Shown here: in pieces, positions 1-10,249 of the stretch
How positions within the stretch are numbered: position 1 is the stretch's first letter
Layout of the letters: the number at the start of each line of letters is the position of its first letter
Source: an uncultured Candidatus Saccharibacteria bacterium
GTDB lineage: Bacteria > Patescibacteriota > Minisyncoccia > Phycocordibacterales > UBA9973
Length of the DNA: 64,000 bases
Direction of reading: 5' to 3'
NCBI GenBank assembly: GCA_964639185.1
Contig: CAZXCN010000001.1
Coordinates: 38,626-102,625, forward strand
Program-made: the position numbers and the translations under genes
The notes under the pieces: model-generated
What the model saw: the letters and a program-made list of their open reading frames with translations, nothing else
Told to the model about the DNA's origin: nothing
Databases searched by the model: none

Positions 1-557
1 TTGTAGGTGCGCGTATGACAAAAAAGATACTAGAAAGGTTAAAATTTGATAACCAAACTATAGATTTTTTAACTAATATGGTTCGCCGTCACATGTTCTT
101 TTCTGACACGGAATTAATTACATTATCTGCAGTAAGGAGAGTAATACAGAATGTAGGTCCAGAACACATATGGGAATTGATGGAAATACGTGAATGCGAC
201 AGGGTAGGCATGAAAAAGAAAGAGGCTCCTTATAGATTACGTAAATACCATGCCATGATAGAAGAAGCGCTTCATGACCCTATTTCAGTAAAACAACTCA
301 AAATCAATGGTGAGTATCTAATGAATACGTTACACATGAAACCAGGTCCTCGAATGGGTTGGATACTCATTGCATTACTAGAAGAAGTCCTCGATGATCC
401 TACAAAAAATACGGTGGAAATTTTGAGCGAAAGAGTAGGGGAGTTAGAAAAATTATCAGACACAGACCTAAAAGCATTGGGTGATAAAGCTAAAGAAAAA
501 AAGGAGGAGCTCGAAGAGGAAGAAGTAGGAAAACTGAGAAAGAAGCATGGGGTATAA
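1..557 (+). CDS. tRNA nucleotidyltransferase (CCA-adding) / poly(A) polymerase family, C-terminal portion; 5' end lies outside window
   Basis: Frame is open to position 1. C-terminal motif L.INGEYLMNTLHMKPGPRMGWILIALLEEVL..NT is typical of the CCA-enzyme C-terminal domain. Acidic/lysine-rich tail. Confidence 0.55.
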   Translation, partial: VGARMTKKILERLKFDNQTIDFLTNMVRRHMFFSDTELITLSAVRRVIQNVGPEHIWELMEIRECDRVGMKKKEAPYRLRKYHAMIEEALHDPISVKQLKINGEYLMNTLHMKPGPRMGWILIALLEEVLDDPTKNTVEILSERVGELEKLSDTDLKALGDKAKEKKEELEEEEVGKLRKKHGV

Positions 558-583
558 GAAATATGAAATTTTGGGTTGGCAAT

Positions 584-620
584 AAAAAAAACCGATTTGT
601 GTAAACAAATCGGTTTTTAT
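584..620. terminator. Bidirectional rho-independent terminator hairpin (ACCGATTTG / CAAATCGGT flanked by A- and T-runs)
   Basis: Perfect 9-bp inverted repeat with A-run upstream and T-run downstream, between convergent genes. Confidence 0.7.
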
Positions 621-634
621 TTAATAAGTTTATT

Positions 635-2527
635 TTAATCTTTGTTTTCAATGAAAACGGGATAAAATAATTTTTCAATGAACAATTCTTTATCTAAAAG
701 TGTGTTTAGATCAGTTTTTGCAATCAAATCATGCAAAAACCCACCACAAATTAATAGATCTTCCCTACTCAAACCAGAATTAGTATTCAATTCTGCAATT
801 TCTTTCTTTTGCTCTAAATAAAGCCTGTAAAGATTTTGCAAAGAACTCATAGAACTTTCAAATTGCTTCCTCTCACTATCATCATCAACCTGAGAAGAAA
901 CATAGAAAGATTCTTCTATTGCTTCCACTACATTCTCGGCAGAATTGTCTGCAAGGTCGGCTTTTGAATTTTTTGAGTACCCCACAATAACATGTGTACG
1001 ATGATTTGATAACCGATGTGCTTTGATTGCTTTATTATTTTTTAGCTCCTCAAGTAACCATTGACATGCGATCTCCCTGTTTGTCTCAAATTCCTCATGG
1101 AAAGTAACTAATTTTGATTCATTCTCTCCCTCTTCATTGGGGGCAATAGTAATTTTTACATCCGAACCATGGGCTACTTTGTCATAAGCCTCACGAATAA
1201 TGCGTTCAAGTCCATAAGCTTTTTTACCAAAAACCCAAAGGGTTTTCTTGCCTCTTGGAGATTTGTCAACATCATAAAGTGGCAATAAAAATTCAAGGAT
1301 CGATTCAAGAGATTCAAAAGATTCACTACAGTATATTGGTACAAAATTCTGCTTGGGGTTGAAAGGACCCATTTCATAATTTTTGTAATTGAATTTACCT
1401 GACTGCAATAAATAATTATTTACATCTAACCTCAGTGCTTTAAACTTTTCTTGCTCTTCTTTTGAAAGTTCAGCCTTAGCCTTACTTACTTTTGCATATG
1501 GTTTATCATTTACAACAGAAGGAGTGAGTTCATCTTTAGCTTCCTTGGAGTCTATTTTGCCTACTATCCAAAAAGATCTAGAATTAGGATTATTAACAGG
1601 CCTAACTTCATATAAATTTCCAGCAACTATAAAATCATAAGCTGTTTTCATCACAGCAGAAGTCCTAAAATGAAGCGAAAAGCTACCAGGGTTTATAATT
1701 GTGTTTAACAACTTTTTACCTTTTAAATAGACTTGAATCTCTTTTTTAGTTTCTTTTGTAAAGAAATTAATCTTAGGCAATTTAAACCAAAGCGTTTTTG
1801 TATTCTCGGCTACTGGTTTTTCGTAAGAAATGTTAGCTTTTGTTAAATTTCCTTCTATCTCCTGCCTAATGGATGGAGTAGTAGCTTTCAAATTAATACG
1901 CTTGTGTTCTTCATCAATTTCTAACGTCATATAATGACGTCCGTGCTGATAATCACTTAAACTTAAAAAGTTTTCAATAGACACAAGTAATTCAGCTAGT
2001 TTACTTAGTGTTGTTGTTTTAGGTGTGGCTGTTTGTGTTGTCATTTCTGTCTTGTTTGTTTGTGATGAATTTAAATTTTCTGAAGGTGCAACAATTTCTT
2101 GTTCATACGTTGTAGTCTCTTTTGAGATCGAATTAGTCGAGTCGTTTTTTAACCCAACAGAAGTCTTTAAGAATTGCTCAAAAGTCAAATCTTCAAATCT
2201 GTTCTTAAAAGAATTCAAGTGCTCTTCAATGATTGAAAAACGGATTGTGTCTTCTGGTATTATCGTGCAAACAATTTGATTTAATGTAACTCTTACAATA
2301 AATTTTTTCGCTTCAGCAATAAAGTTTTCGTACATAATCTCCTTAAAATGAACCTCCAGCCCTGTGCCTGCTTTTAGTGATACAGTTTTTGTAGATAATC
2401 CTTGATGTACAAAATTTTGTTTCAATAGACTAATTAGTCTATTGAAAATTACCTCTCGAGCATCGTTTGCTTTTTTCTGTTTGTTTTGAGCCTCTTTCAT
2501 GTCGGCTTTTCCATAAATTCCTACCAT
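635..2527 (-). CDS. Hypothetical protein, 630 aa, no recognisable family
   Basis: Long uninterrupted ORF with coding-like composition. No motif I can assign. Confidence 0.5.
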   Translation of the reverse strand: MVGIYGKADMKEAQNKQKKANDAREVIFNRLISLLKQNFVHQGLSTKTVSLKAGTGLEVHFKEIMYENFIAEAKKFIVRVTLNQIVCTIIPEDTIRFSIIEEHLNSFKNRFEDLTFEQFLKTSVGLKNDSTNSISKETTTYEQEIVAPSENLNSSQTNKTEMTTQTATPKTTTLSKLAELLVSIENFLSLSDYQHGRHYMTLEIDEEHKRINLKATTPSIRQEIEGNLTKANISYEKPVAENTKTLWFKLPKINFFTKETKKEIQVYLKGKKLLNTIINPGSFSLHFRTSAVMKTAYDFIVAGNLYEVRPVNNPNSRSFWIVGKIDSKEAKDELTPSVVNDKPYAKVSKAKAELSKEEQEKFKALRLDVNNYLLQSGKFNYKNYEMGPFNPKQNFVPIYCSESFESLESILEFLLPLYDVDKSPRGKKTLWVFGKKAYGLERIIREAYDKVAHGSDVKITIAPNEEGENESKLVTFHEEFETNREIACQWLLEELKNNKAIKAHRLSNHRTHVIVGYSKNSKADLADNSAENVVEAIEESFYVSSQVDDDSERKQFESSMSSLQNLYRLYLEQKKEIAELNTNSGLSREDLLICGGFLHDLIAKTDLNTLLDKELFIEKLFYPVFIENKD

Positions 2528-2667
2528 AATGTTATTTGGTTTTTAAATTTTTCTTTTATATTACATTATTTTTCTAATTTGTCAAATATTATATACACTA
2601 TAACTATAAGACATCTCAAATAAAAATAGCCCCATTAGGGCTATTTTTATTTTACTTATACTCGAGA

Positions 2668-3258
2668 TTATTTTACAGGGACTGTTACTATAAGCTCAAT
2701 TTCCTCATTGGCGAATTTTTGGTCTATACCGAAGTCTTTCATATTAAGGGTAAAGTCTGCTGTGTATGTATTGTTTACCAATGTAACAGGGAAGCTGATT
2801 GTCTTTGCAATATTACGTATAGTCATAACACCAGTAACCTTTCCATCGTCCCAGCTATTAATTTTGAAATTTGCTGTTTTAAATTTAGCTGTGTCAAAAA
2901 AGTCTTTTGAGTTTAAGTGGGTTGTAAGCTTGTCACTATCGCTTGTCAAAGACGCCACATCAATAGAGATATTTCCTGTGAGTGCCTCACCAACAAAATG
3001 CATATCTGATGTAACCTTACCAAATGACCCATCATGCACCTTGCCTGGACCAAATCCTTTGAACGCAACTTTTATATTTGTATTATCTACTTGTCTTTTT
3101 GAAGTCGGCGCTGTATTTTCTTCTTTTTCTTCATTTTGGTCTATAACCACATCGTTCACTTGAGCTTGGGGAATATTTGCCTCGGGCTTTGTTTGGATAG
3201 CGTACCAGACACCGTAACCTATAACCAAAAATGCAAGGATAATTAAAATTGTTTTCAT
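2668..3258 (-). CDS. YceI-like (polyisoprenoid-binding) family protein with N-terminal membrane anchor/signal
   Basis: N-terminal hydrophobic segment. Beta-rich KVAFKGFGPGKVHDGSFGKV ... TISFPVTL pattern resembles the YceI family. Confidence 0.6.
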   Translation of the reverse strand: MKTILIILAFLVIGYGVWYAIQTKPEANIPQAQVNDVVIDQNEEKEENTAPTSKRQVDNTNIKVAFKGFGPGKVHDGSFGKVTSDMHFVGEALTGNISIDVASLTSDSDKLTTHLNSKDFFDTAKFKTANFKINSWDDGKVTGVMTIRNIAKTISFPVTLVNNTYTADFTLNMKDFGIDQKFANEEIELIVTVPVK

Positions 3259-3583
3259 ATGTGTTAAAAAATTACTTATTAAGATTGTTATTATAGCAAA
3301 TTTAAGGGCAAATAAAAAAAGGTCCAGCTTGCACTGGACCTTTAAACCTAATCACTTAATCACCCATATTAACAGAACAAACAGGTCTTACAAAAAACAA
3401 TCATACTTATTCAGTATCCCCAGTATTAGGCTTCGTATCTCAGTAACGAAGCCCATACCAGGAACACAAAAATGTATAATAACTATTATCCAAATAGTAC
3501 TCTTGTATAGAAATTGTGTCAATATAATAAAACATGTATAGACAAATATATTTTTTGTGTTATGCTGTTAGAAAATAGTAATT

Positions 3584-4102
3584 ATGGGAAAAATTAAAAA
3601 CGGTGTTTTGGCAGTAGAGAATTTACTGTCCAACAAATTGCTTGCTAGGGTAATGCTTGTATTATCAATAATTGCCTTTCTAATCTTATTTCTAATCTTA
3701 ATTAGAAGAGGAAATAACACTTTTGCGATGCAACAATTATTATGGCCAAGCCTTAGTAAATTTATCATTGCAATACCTTTCTGTATATTTCATATAATAC
3801 AGATGCTCATTTATAGGGGTCCAATGAGGTACGCCAAAAGAAATGGGTATTCTAATGTAATTGGGTGGCGTACCGCAATATTCAGTTATTTTATATACTG
3901 TTTGGGCACGGGTTGGATATTCCTTATTGTACTACTTGCAAAAGCAATTCATATTTATTCTAGTATAGAAAATATGGAAAGCAAAAAACCTTTAGCAAAC
4001 TGGTTTGTGTGGGATATTGTTACTGTATTTACAGTATCAATAACTGCATGCCTGATACCAGAGAACTATCATATAACCATGAAAAGCATTCTAGGTTATT
4101 AA
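3584..4102 (+). CDS. Hypothetical integral membrane protein (about 4 TM helices)
   Basis: ORF with several hydrophobic helices. No family assignment. Confidence 0.4.
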   Translation: MGKIKNGVLAVENLLSNKLLARVMLVLSIIAFLILFLILIRRGNNTFAMQQLLWPSLSKFIIAIPFCIFHIIQMLIYRGPMRYAKRNGYSNVIGWRTAIFSYFIYCLGTGWIFLIVLLAKAIHIYSSIENMESKKPLANWFVWDIVTVFTVSITACLIPENYHITMKSILGY

Positions 4103-4124
4103 AGTAAAAATTAATTTAAATTAT

Positions 4125-4157
4125 AAAAAAGCTCTACTATTTAGTAGAGCTTTTTTT
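4125..4157. terminator. Bidirectional terminator hairpin (AAAAAGCTCTACTA..TAGTAGAGCTTTTT)
   Basis: Perfect 10-bp stem flanked by A-run and T-run between convergent genes. Confidence 0.7.
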
Positions 4158-4971
4158 ATTTTATCTCCAATACAATAGGGCAGTGGTCGGAACCCATGTA
4201 GTCAGATAACATCTTTGAATCCACCACTTTTTTCATTATATTTTGTGATACGAAAAAGTAGTCGATACGCCAGCCCACATTCCTGTCGCGTGAGCGAGTC
4301 TTTTGATCCCAATACGTATACATATCTTTTGTATTTGGGTAAAGTTGCCGGAATGTATCAATGTATCCGGCTTTGATTACCTTTGATATCCATGCACGCT
4401 CGATAGGTAGGAAGCCTGTGTTCTCTTCGTTTGCTTTTGGTCGAGCTAGATCCACCTCTGTATGTGCCGTATTTATATCACCTGTAAATATTATTTCATA
4501 TCCTGACTTTTTCTTTTTATTTATAAATTTTAGAAAAGCTTCGTAGAACTTCAATTTATATTCTAAACGATGTGGACCTTGGCCACCGTTCGGATAGTAA
4601 CCATTGATAAGAATAATTTTACTTTTTATACCACCGAGACCTTTATTGAAGTACAAGACAACAAGTCGGCCTTCTTGATCCAACTCTTTTACACCCATTC
4701 CATATTCCACCTTGTCAGGTTTTATTTTAGTAAACACAGCAACCCCACTGTAACCCTTGCGTTCGAGTGAAGGGGATAGATAAAAATGATACTTACCCGC
4801 CTTGCTGGAGGGGTCTTTATAATCTATTATTTCTTTTGGTAACTGATCTATCTCGCTCTTTGTTTCCTGAAGGCAAACAATGTCGGGCTTGTATTTAACA
4901 AAGAGTGGGTCAAAATGACCTTGTTTTATAGTCGCTCGTAATCCATTTGTATTCCAACTAATAATTCGCAT
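4156..4971 (-). CDS. xthA: Exodeoxyribonuclease III (AP endonuclease, Xth family)
   Basis: N-terminal MRIISWNTNGLRA, LQETK, and C-terminal GSDHCPIVLEI motifs are hallmark ExoIII/EEP-family signatures. Confidence 0.9.
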   Translation of the reverse strand: MRIISWNTNGLRATIKQGHFDPLFVKYKPDIVCLQETKSEIDQLPKEIIDYKDPSSKAGKYHFYLSPSLERKGYSGVAVFTKIKPDKVEYGMGVKELDQEGRLVVLYFNKGLGGIKSKIILINGYYPNGGQGPHRLEYKLKFYEAFLKFINKKKKSGYEIIFTGDINTAHTEVDLARPKANEENTGFLPIERAWISKVIKAGYIDTFRQLYPNTKDMYTYWDQKTRSRDRNVGWRIDYFFVSQNIMKKVVDSKMLSDYMGSDHCPIVLEIK

Positions 4972-5065
4972 ATTTGTGTATTATATCAGATATTTATAAA
5001 ACCTATTGACTATGAATAACCAAAAGAGTACTACAAAAAAGATTTTTCTTTACGGAGCCACAAAC

Positions 5066-5096
5066 AAAAAAACCCAATCTATGATTGGGTTTTTTA
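5066..5096 (-). terminator. Terminator hairpin downstream of the xer recombinase gene (AAAAACCCAATC..GATTGGGTTTTT)
   Basis: Perfect inverted repeat with flanking A/T runs. Confidence 0.65.
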
Positions 5097-6050
5097 TTTA
5101 CTATGAAACTTCTTATGTATTTCACGAAGCTGTTTGTCTGTCACATGCGTATATATTTGAGTCGTTGCTATATTTGCATGGCCGAGCATCATCTGCACGG
5201 AACGTATATCGGCACCGTTCTCCAATAGATCAGTTGCAAAGCTATGGCGTATCACGTGCGGAGTAACCTTTTTTGATATCCCTGCGATGATAGCATAGTG
5301 TGCAACTATACGCTCGATCGAGCGAGGAGTCAGGCGCCCTGTGCCTTTTCTATTATTAGATTGTTGGATAAACATCGGTTCATCCATATCGCGCCTATTT
5401 TTCAAATACATACGTATCGCATCTTTGGCTGAATCAGACAAGAAAACGACACGCACCTTTTCACCCTTACCACGGATCGAGAATTCATCTTTGGACAAAT
5501 CCAAGTCACGATTGAGCGAACAAAGTTCCGACAAACGAAGACCAGTAGAAAAGAATAGCTCGAGTATCGCTTTGTCGCGTAGGCATTTTAAACTTTCTGA
5601 ATCTTTATCTTTTGTTATTTTAGAATCTGCATTTTTTAATATTTGATTCGGTGCATCAAGCAATCTTTGTAACTCACTACCAGATATCAAGTCTAGATGC
5701 CTCCCTTTAACTTTTGCGAGCTCGATTCTGTCTGGGGGGAGCGACGTAACCCCGCGCTTCATTAAATATTTCAAAAAAGCACGAAGCGCAATGAGGTGAT
5801 AATTCTGAGTATTCTTTTTTAGTGTGCCTGCTTGCTGACCCTTTGCTTTAACTCCTGGCAGTCTATTGATGTGTAGACGAAATTCACGAATAACATCGTC
5901 AGTGATATCCTTTGGGCCCGAAACTTTGCCCACTTCAAAAAATCGAGTAAGGTAATGATCGTAGTTACGAACAGTTAGAAGACTGTTGCCTTTCTCGATC
6001 TCCACATGTTCGAGGAATTCGCGTTTCAATTGTTCAATAGGTGTTGTCAT
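5094..6050 (-). CDS. Tyrosine site-specific recombinase, XerC/XerD family
   Basis: C-terminal RHSFATDLLENGADIRSVQMMLGHANIATTQIYTHV contains the catalytic R..H..R..Y tetrad context. N-terminal core-binding domain present. XerC versus XerD not distinguishable by eye. Confidence 0.85.
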   Translation of the reverse strand: MTTPIEQLKREFLEHVEIEKGNSLLTVRNYDHYLTRFFEVGKVSGPKDITDDVIREFRLHINRLPGVKAKGQQAGTLKKNTQNYHLIALRAFLKYLMKRGVTSLPPDRIELAKVKGRHLDLISGSELQRLLDAPNQILKNADSKITKDKDSESLKCLRDKAILELFFSTGLRLSELCSLNRDLDLSKDEFSIRGKGEKVRVVFLSDSAKDAIRMYLKNRRDMDEPMFIQQSNNRKGTGRLTPRSIERIVAHYAIIAGISKKVTPHVIRHSFATDLLENGADIRSVQMMLGHANIATTQIYTHVTDKQLREIHKKFHSK

Positions 6051-6157
6051 ATCAATGTCGTAAAATAATTATATCATGAAACAAACCATCAAACCCTACA
6101 AAAATAATGTAGGTGTGGGGGCTTGCAATATTTATCAATATATGCTATTATACTCCC

Positions 6158-6418
6158 ATGTTAACAACAAAGAAAAAGCAAAATATCATTAAGAAAAACC
6201 AAGCACATGCTACAGATACTGGTTCTCCTGAGGTTCAGATCGCTATGCTTTCAGAGCGTATTGACGAACTAGCTATTCATTTAAAGAAGCACAAGAAGGA
6301 TAATCACTCACGCCGTGGCCTAATAAAGATGGTTGCTGACCGCCGTGGTCACCTAAAGCATCTTGAAAAGTCAGACAAGACTCGTCACGAGAAAGCTCTA
6401 AAAAAAATCAAAGCTTAA
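6158..6418 (+). CDS. rpsO: 30S ribosomal protein S15
   Basis: About 87 aa with GSPEVQIA.L..RI..L..HLK.HKKD.HSRRGL motif, characteristic of S15. The ORF-track start at 6113 is probably upstream of the true start. Confidence 0.9.
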   Translation: MLTTKKKQNIIKKNQAHATDTGSPEVQIAMLSERIDELAIHLKKHKKDNHSRRGLIKMVADRRGHLKHLEKSDKTRHEKALKKIKA

Positions 6419-6421
6419 ATG

Positions 6422-6445
6422 AAAAACTCCTGCAAGGGAGTTTTT
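6422..6445 (+). terminator. Terminator hairpin after rpsO (AAAAACTCC..GGAGTTTTT)
   Basis: Inverted repeat followed by T-run. Confidence 0.65.
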
Positions 6446-6470
6446 CATTTTATGGTACAATTATATTTAT

Positions 6471-6974
6471 ATGATAATTAAACACAAAGAACAAAGAGTT
6501 GGGGTATTTATCGATACATCGAACTTATATCACAGCGCAAAAAATTTATATAAAAAGAAGGTCAATTTTGGCCAAGTATTAAAAGATGCATTAGCTGACA
6601 GAAAGTTAGTGCGTGCAACAGCATATGTTATCACCAGTGAAGGTGGTGACGAAAAGAACTTTTTTGAAGCATTAACAAAGCTTGGTATTGAAACAAAAAC
6701 AAAAGAATTACAAATATTTGCTGGTGGAGCAAAGAAGGGGGATTGGGATGTAGGAATAACAGTTGATGTTATTAAAATGTCATCTCGCCTCGATGCAGTA
6801 GTATTGGTAACTGGTGACGGTGACTACATACCACTTGTTGAATATTTACAAGCACAGCTTGTGCAAGTCGAAGTGGTTTCATTTGATAAATCTACTTCAA
6901 TGAAATTAAAAGAAGCGGCCGACGATTTCCTCGACCTTTCAAAGAATCCAAAAAAATATCTAATGGGAAGATAA
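6471..6974 (+). CDS. NYN-domain (LabA-like, PIN-related) protein
   Basis: VGVFIDTSNLYHS ... VVLVTGDGDYIPLVEYL pattern matches the NYN/LabA nuclease-like domain. Confidence 0.7.
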   Translation: MIIKHKEQRVGVFIDTSNLYHSAKNLYKKKVNFGQVLKDALADRKLVRATAYVITSEGGDEKNFFEALTKLGIETKTKELQIFAGGAKKGDWDVGITVDVIKMSSRLDAVVLVTGDGDYIPLVEYLQAQLVQVEVVSFDKSTSMKLKEAADDFLDLSKNPKKYLMGR

Positions 6975-6988
6975 CATCTATCAATTGC

Positions 6989-7861
6989 ATGGATATACCT
7001 CTTAATCTTATCTACATACATAATCAAAGCGACATACACTGTGGCGGTTTTTCGGCGCAAGATGAATCGGCTCTTGGGATAGAGGCTGGGACTCTATTAA
7101 TACAAATAAGTACTTTGCATGAATTGGTAACCTTGCATCGAACAAACCTAGGAAAGAATTTAGAAAAATACAGAGAATTATACATAATAAAAAGTGGCGA
7201 ATACACCGAAGTCCAATCAGGTGTGTTCATACATAATACTGCTACAGTAGATGACCAAGTAGTTTTTAATACAAAAAATGGAATAATAGTAATAGAGGAG
7301 GGTGTGCACATAAATCCATTTACATATTTAGTAGGACCACTACGCATAGACAAACACGCAACAATAAACCCACATGCAAATATTGGTAATTCTTATATTG
7401 GTAAATATTGCAAAGTTGGTGGCGAAGTATCCAACTCTATTATAGAAGGCTATAGCAACAAAGGTCATTATGGATACGTGGGTGACAGCTGGGTAGGAAG
7501 CTGGGTGAATTTGGGTGGGGGAACTTCTACATCGAATCTAAAGAATACTTATGGTAATATCAAAATGGGAGGGCAAGATACTGGCGAACAATTCTTGGGA
7601 TCTATAATATGCGACCACGTAAAGACTGCATCGAACACGAGTATATACACAGGCAAGGTGATCGGAGTAGGTAGCCATATATATGGAACTGTTACAAGCG
7701 ATGTTCCGAATTGTGTAAATTATTATTCAAAAGACAACACAACGAGTATCCCAATCGAAGTAATAGAAAAGACAGCAAAGAGGATGATGGCGCGTCGTGG
7801 TGTAGAATTTACAGAAGATGATAAAAAATTATTAATAAATTTATATAAAAACAATGAGTAA
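6989..7861 (+). CDS. Left-handed beta-helix (hexapeptide-repeat) protein, putative acyl/nucleotidyl transferase
   Basis: Repeated [LIV]G..[ST]..[LIV] hexapeptide periodicity in the C-terminal half. The region around GGGTSTSNLKNTYGNIKMG resembles the GlmU-type LbH acetyltransferase domain. The 3' end overlaps the tdh start by 8 nt. Confidence 0.5.
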   Translation: MDIPLNLIYIHNQSDIHCGGFSAQDESALGIEAGTLLIQISTLHELVTLHRTNLGKNLEKYRELYIIKSGEYTEVQSGVFIHNTATVDDQVVFNTKNGIIVIEEGVHINPFTYLVGPLRIDKHATINPHANIGNSYIGKYCKVGGEVSNSIIEGYSNKGHYGYVGDSWVGSWVNLGGGTSTSNLKNTYGNIKMGGQDTGEQFLGSIICDHVKTASNTSIYTGKVIGVGSHIYGTVTSDVPNCVNYYSKDNTTSIPIEVIEKTAKRMMARRGVEFTEDDKKLLINLYKNNE

Positions 7862-8795
7862 AATTTTAATCATGGGTGCATGTGGGCAGATCGGGGTAGA
7901 GCTAACATTGGCCCTGCGTAAAATTCATGGAAATGAAAATGTAATAGCGAGTGATTTAAAAGGAAATCACCCAATGCTTGTAGACGGCCCTTATATACAA
8001 CTCGATGCAACAGATGCAGTAAAGACAAAAGAGATAGTGGAAAAAGAGGGTATTACAGATATATATTTACTCGCAGCATTACTTTCTGCTACAGGGGAGC
8101 AGAATCCAAAGCTTTGCTGGGATCTAAACATGGGTAGCTTGAGGCAAATATTAGACCTAGGTGTAGAGAAAAATTTAAAAATTTTTTGGCCTTCATCTAT
8201 CGCAGTCTTTGGGCCAACTACTCCTCGTGATCAAACTCAACAACAGACTGTTATTGAACCTACTACAATGTACGGCATTACTAAGTACGCAGGCGAAATG
8301 CTCTGCCAATATTACAACAATAAATTTGGGCTTGATGTGCGAAGTGTGCGCTACCCAGGATTGATAAGCTGGAAAAGTGAGCCAGGTGGTGGAACTACCG
8401 ACTATGCTGTAGAAATTTTCTATGAGGGTATAAAGAATAAAAAATATACATGTTTCCTTGGTGAAAACACTTATCTACCTATGATGTATATGGACGATGC
8501 TATCCGTGCAACGATCGAACTCATGCAAGCACCAGCAGAAAATATTAAAAACAGAATGTCTTACAATCTTTCTGCAATTAGCTTCTCACCAAAAGAAATT
8601 ACAAACGAAATCAAAAAACACATTCCAGAATTAGAAATATCGTATGCACCCGATCAACGCCAAAAGATCGCCGACTCATGGCCTGCAAGTATCGATGACT
8701 CTGTAGCACGAAGTGATTGGGGCTGGAAACACGAATTTGATTTAGAAAAAATGACTGAAGTAATGCTTGTAAACTTAAAGGATAAGTTAAAGTAG
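7854..8795 (+). CDS. tdh: L-threonine 3-dehydrogenase (NAD-dependent epimerase/dehydratase-family type)
   Basis: N-terminal Rossmann motif ILIMGACGQIG and the Y..K active-site pair (YGITKYAGE) of the extended SDR family. Lies immediately upstream of kbl, the conserved tdh-kbl arrangement. Confidence 0.75.
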   Translation: MSKILIMGACGQIGVELTLALRKIHGNENVIASDLKGNHPMLVDGPYIQLDATDAVKTKEIVEKEGITDIYLLAALLSATGEQNPKLCWDLNMGSLRQILDLGVEKNLKIFWPSSIAVFGPTTPRDQTQQQTVIEPTTMYGITKYAGEMLCQYYNNKFGLDVRSVRYPGLISWKSEPGGGTTDYAVEIFYEGIKNKKYTCFLGENTYLPMMYMDDAIRATIELMQAPAENIKNRMSYNLSAISFSPKEITNEIKKHIPELEISYAPDQRQKIADSWPASIDDSVARSDWGWKHEFDLEKMTEVMLVNLKDKLK

Positions 8796-8962
8796 TTATT
8801 TAAAAAATTAATTTAAATCTTTACTTGGCATATCTTTTCTTTGGGTACGGATTTTTTGAAGCTTAAAAAATCCTGAAGTTTGCTCGCCGTCGCTCGCAAA
8901 ACCCCCTCGAAAAGATACGCCTGCGATGATTTAAATTGGTAAAAATTTTATAATATAAAAAT

Positions 8963-10174
8963 ATGTACACAAAAAAAATAAAAGATTTTATAGATAATGA
9001 TTTGCAGGCAATAAAAGATGCTGGCAAATTCAAGGTAGAGAAGGTGATAAATGGTGCACAAGATACACATGTAAATGTCGGGGGTAGGGATCTTGTAATG
9101 TTTGCTTCAAATAATTATCTAGGTATGGCTAACCACCCAACACTAGTTGAAGCTGCAAAAAATGGGTTGGATCAATACGGTTTTGGAACAGCTTCTGTAC
9201 GCTTCTTATCCGGCACACAAACAATCCACCACGAGTTAGAGAATAGGATTGCTAAATTCATAGGCACCGAAGATGCCATAGTTTACTCTACGAACTTCAT
9301 GGCCAACCTCGGTTTGTTTGCAACATTGGTAAATGAACCATTTGGAGCAACTCAACCTTGGAAAGATGTAATATACAGTGATGCCAACAATCATGCCTCT
9401 ATCATCGACGCATTTAAACTTTGCAAGAAAGAAAATCTAGACAAGAGGATCTACAAAGGTGGTGACCTAAATATGCTTGAGCAAATGTTGGAAGAAGATA
9501 AGGATAAAAATTACAGAAATAAAATAATAGCAACCGATGGAATATTTAGCATGGAAGGCACAATGGCCAACCTGCCAAAATTAATTGAACTCGCAGAAAA
9601 ATACGAAGCACTACTATTTGTAGATGATGCACATGGTATTGGTGTCATGGGTGAAAATGGAAAAGGAACAGCAGAACAGCAAAATGTATTTGGTAAAATC
9701 GATATCATTTCCGGCACATTTGGCAAAGCACTTGGTGGCGCTGTCGGTGGATACATTGGGGGAAGTAGCACACTTGTAGAACTGCTTCGCCAAAAGTCAC
9801 GCACATATATGTTCTCTAATGCATTACCGGCAAGTGTAGCACTAGCAGGTATTGCATCGCTTGACCTACTCGAATCAAACAATGATCTAACAGCAAAGGT
9901 TATGGAAAATGCGCAATACTTTAGAAATAAATTACAGGAGAATAACTTGCCAACACTTCCAGGCAACCATGCTATCGTACCACTGATGATAGGTGATGCT
10001 AGTCGTGCAAGTGATCTCTCAAAGAAATTATACGAAGAGGGTATCTACGCTGTGTCACTTTCATTCCCAGTTGTGCCTGAAGGCGAAGCCCGTATCCGTT
10101 TCCAGATGTCAGCATTACATACACACGAAGATATAGACAAAGCAATCGAAGCAATAAAGAAACACTACTCATAA
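8963..10174 (+). CDS. kbl: 2-amino-3-ketobutyrate CoA ligase (glycine C-acetyltransferase), PLP-dependent
   Basis: Alpha-oxoamine synthase family motifs (NNYLG, ATDGIFSMEG, PLP-lysine context SGTFGKALGG). 403 aa. Confidence 0.9.
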   Translation: MYTKKIKDFIDNDLQAIKDAGKFKVEKVINGAQDTHVNVGGRDLVMFASNNYLGMANHPTLVEAAKNGLDQYGFGTASVRFLSGTQTIHHELENRIAKFIGTEDAIVYSTNFMANLGLFATLVNEPFGATQPWKDVIYSDANNHASIIDAFKLCKKENLDKRIYKGGDLNMLEQMLEEDKDKNYRNKIIATDGIFSMEGTMANLPKLIELAEKYEALLFVDDAHGIGVMGENGKGTAEQQNVFGKIDIISGTFGKALGGAVGGYIGGSSTLVELLRQKSRTYMFSNALPASVALAGIASLDLLESNNDLTAKVMENAQYFRNKLQENNLPTLPGNHAIVPLMIGDASRASDLSKKLYEEGIYAVSLSFPVVPEGEARIRFQMSALHTHEDIDKAIEAIKKHYS

Positions 10175-10249
10175 AGTAGTGTTTCTTTATTTAACTTTTT
10201 TAAATAAAAGTGTATTGACATTGTCATTACATGGATATATACTGTACAT

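Noticed and set aside
3329-3541. 70-aa plus-strand ORF in the yceI / membrane-protein spacer
   Set aside because: Its composition is unlike the neighbouring genes. It spans the two hairpins and is better explained as non-coding regulatory or sRNA sequence.
5094-6050. Xer-type integrase as marker of an integrated mobile element
   Set aside because: Neighbours are xthA and rpsO (housekeeping). There are no flanking direct repeats, tRNA, phage or transposase genes. It is most simply the chromosomal XerC/D dimer-resolution recombinase.
8796-8962. Glycine riboswitch in the tdh-kbl spacer
   Set aside because: By eye I could not find the conserved glycine-aptamer core. Only an A/T-rich hairpin (GGATTTTTT..AAAAAATCC) and a GC-rich patch are visible. 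It is left as a check under the tdh-kbl finding rather than called.
9511-9966. 151-aa minus-strand ORF inside kbl, and similar antisense ORFs inside glmS, uvrD, VirB4, the PBP gene, pilB and others
   Set aside because: Each is antisense within a confidently assigned conserved CDS. There is no support beyond being open.
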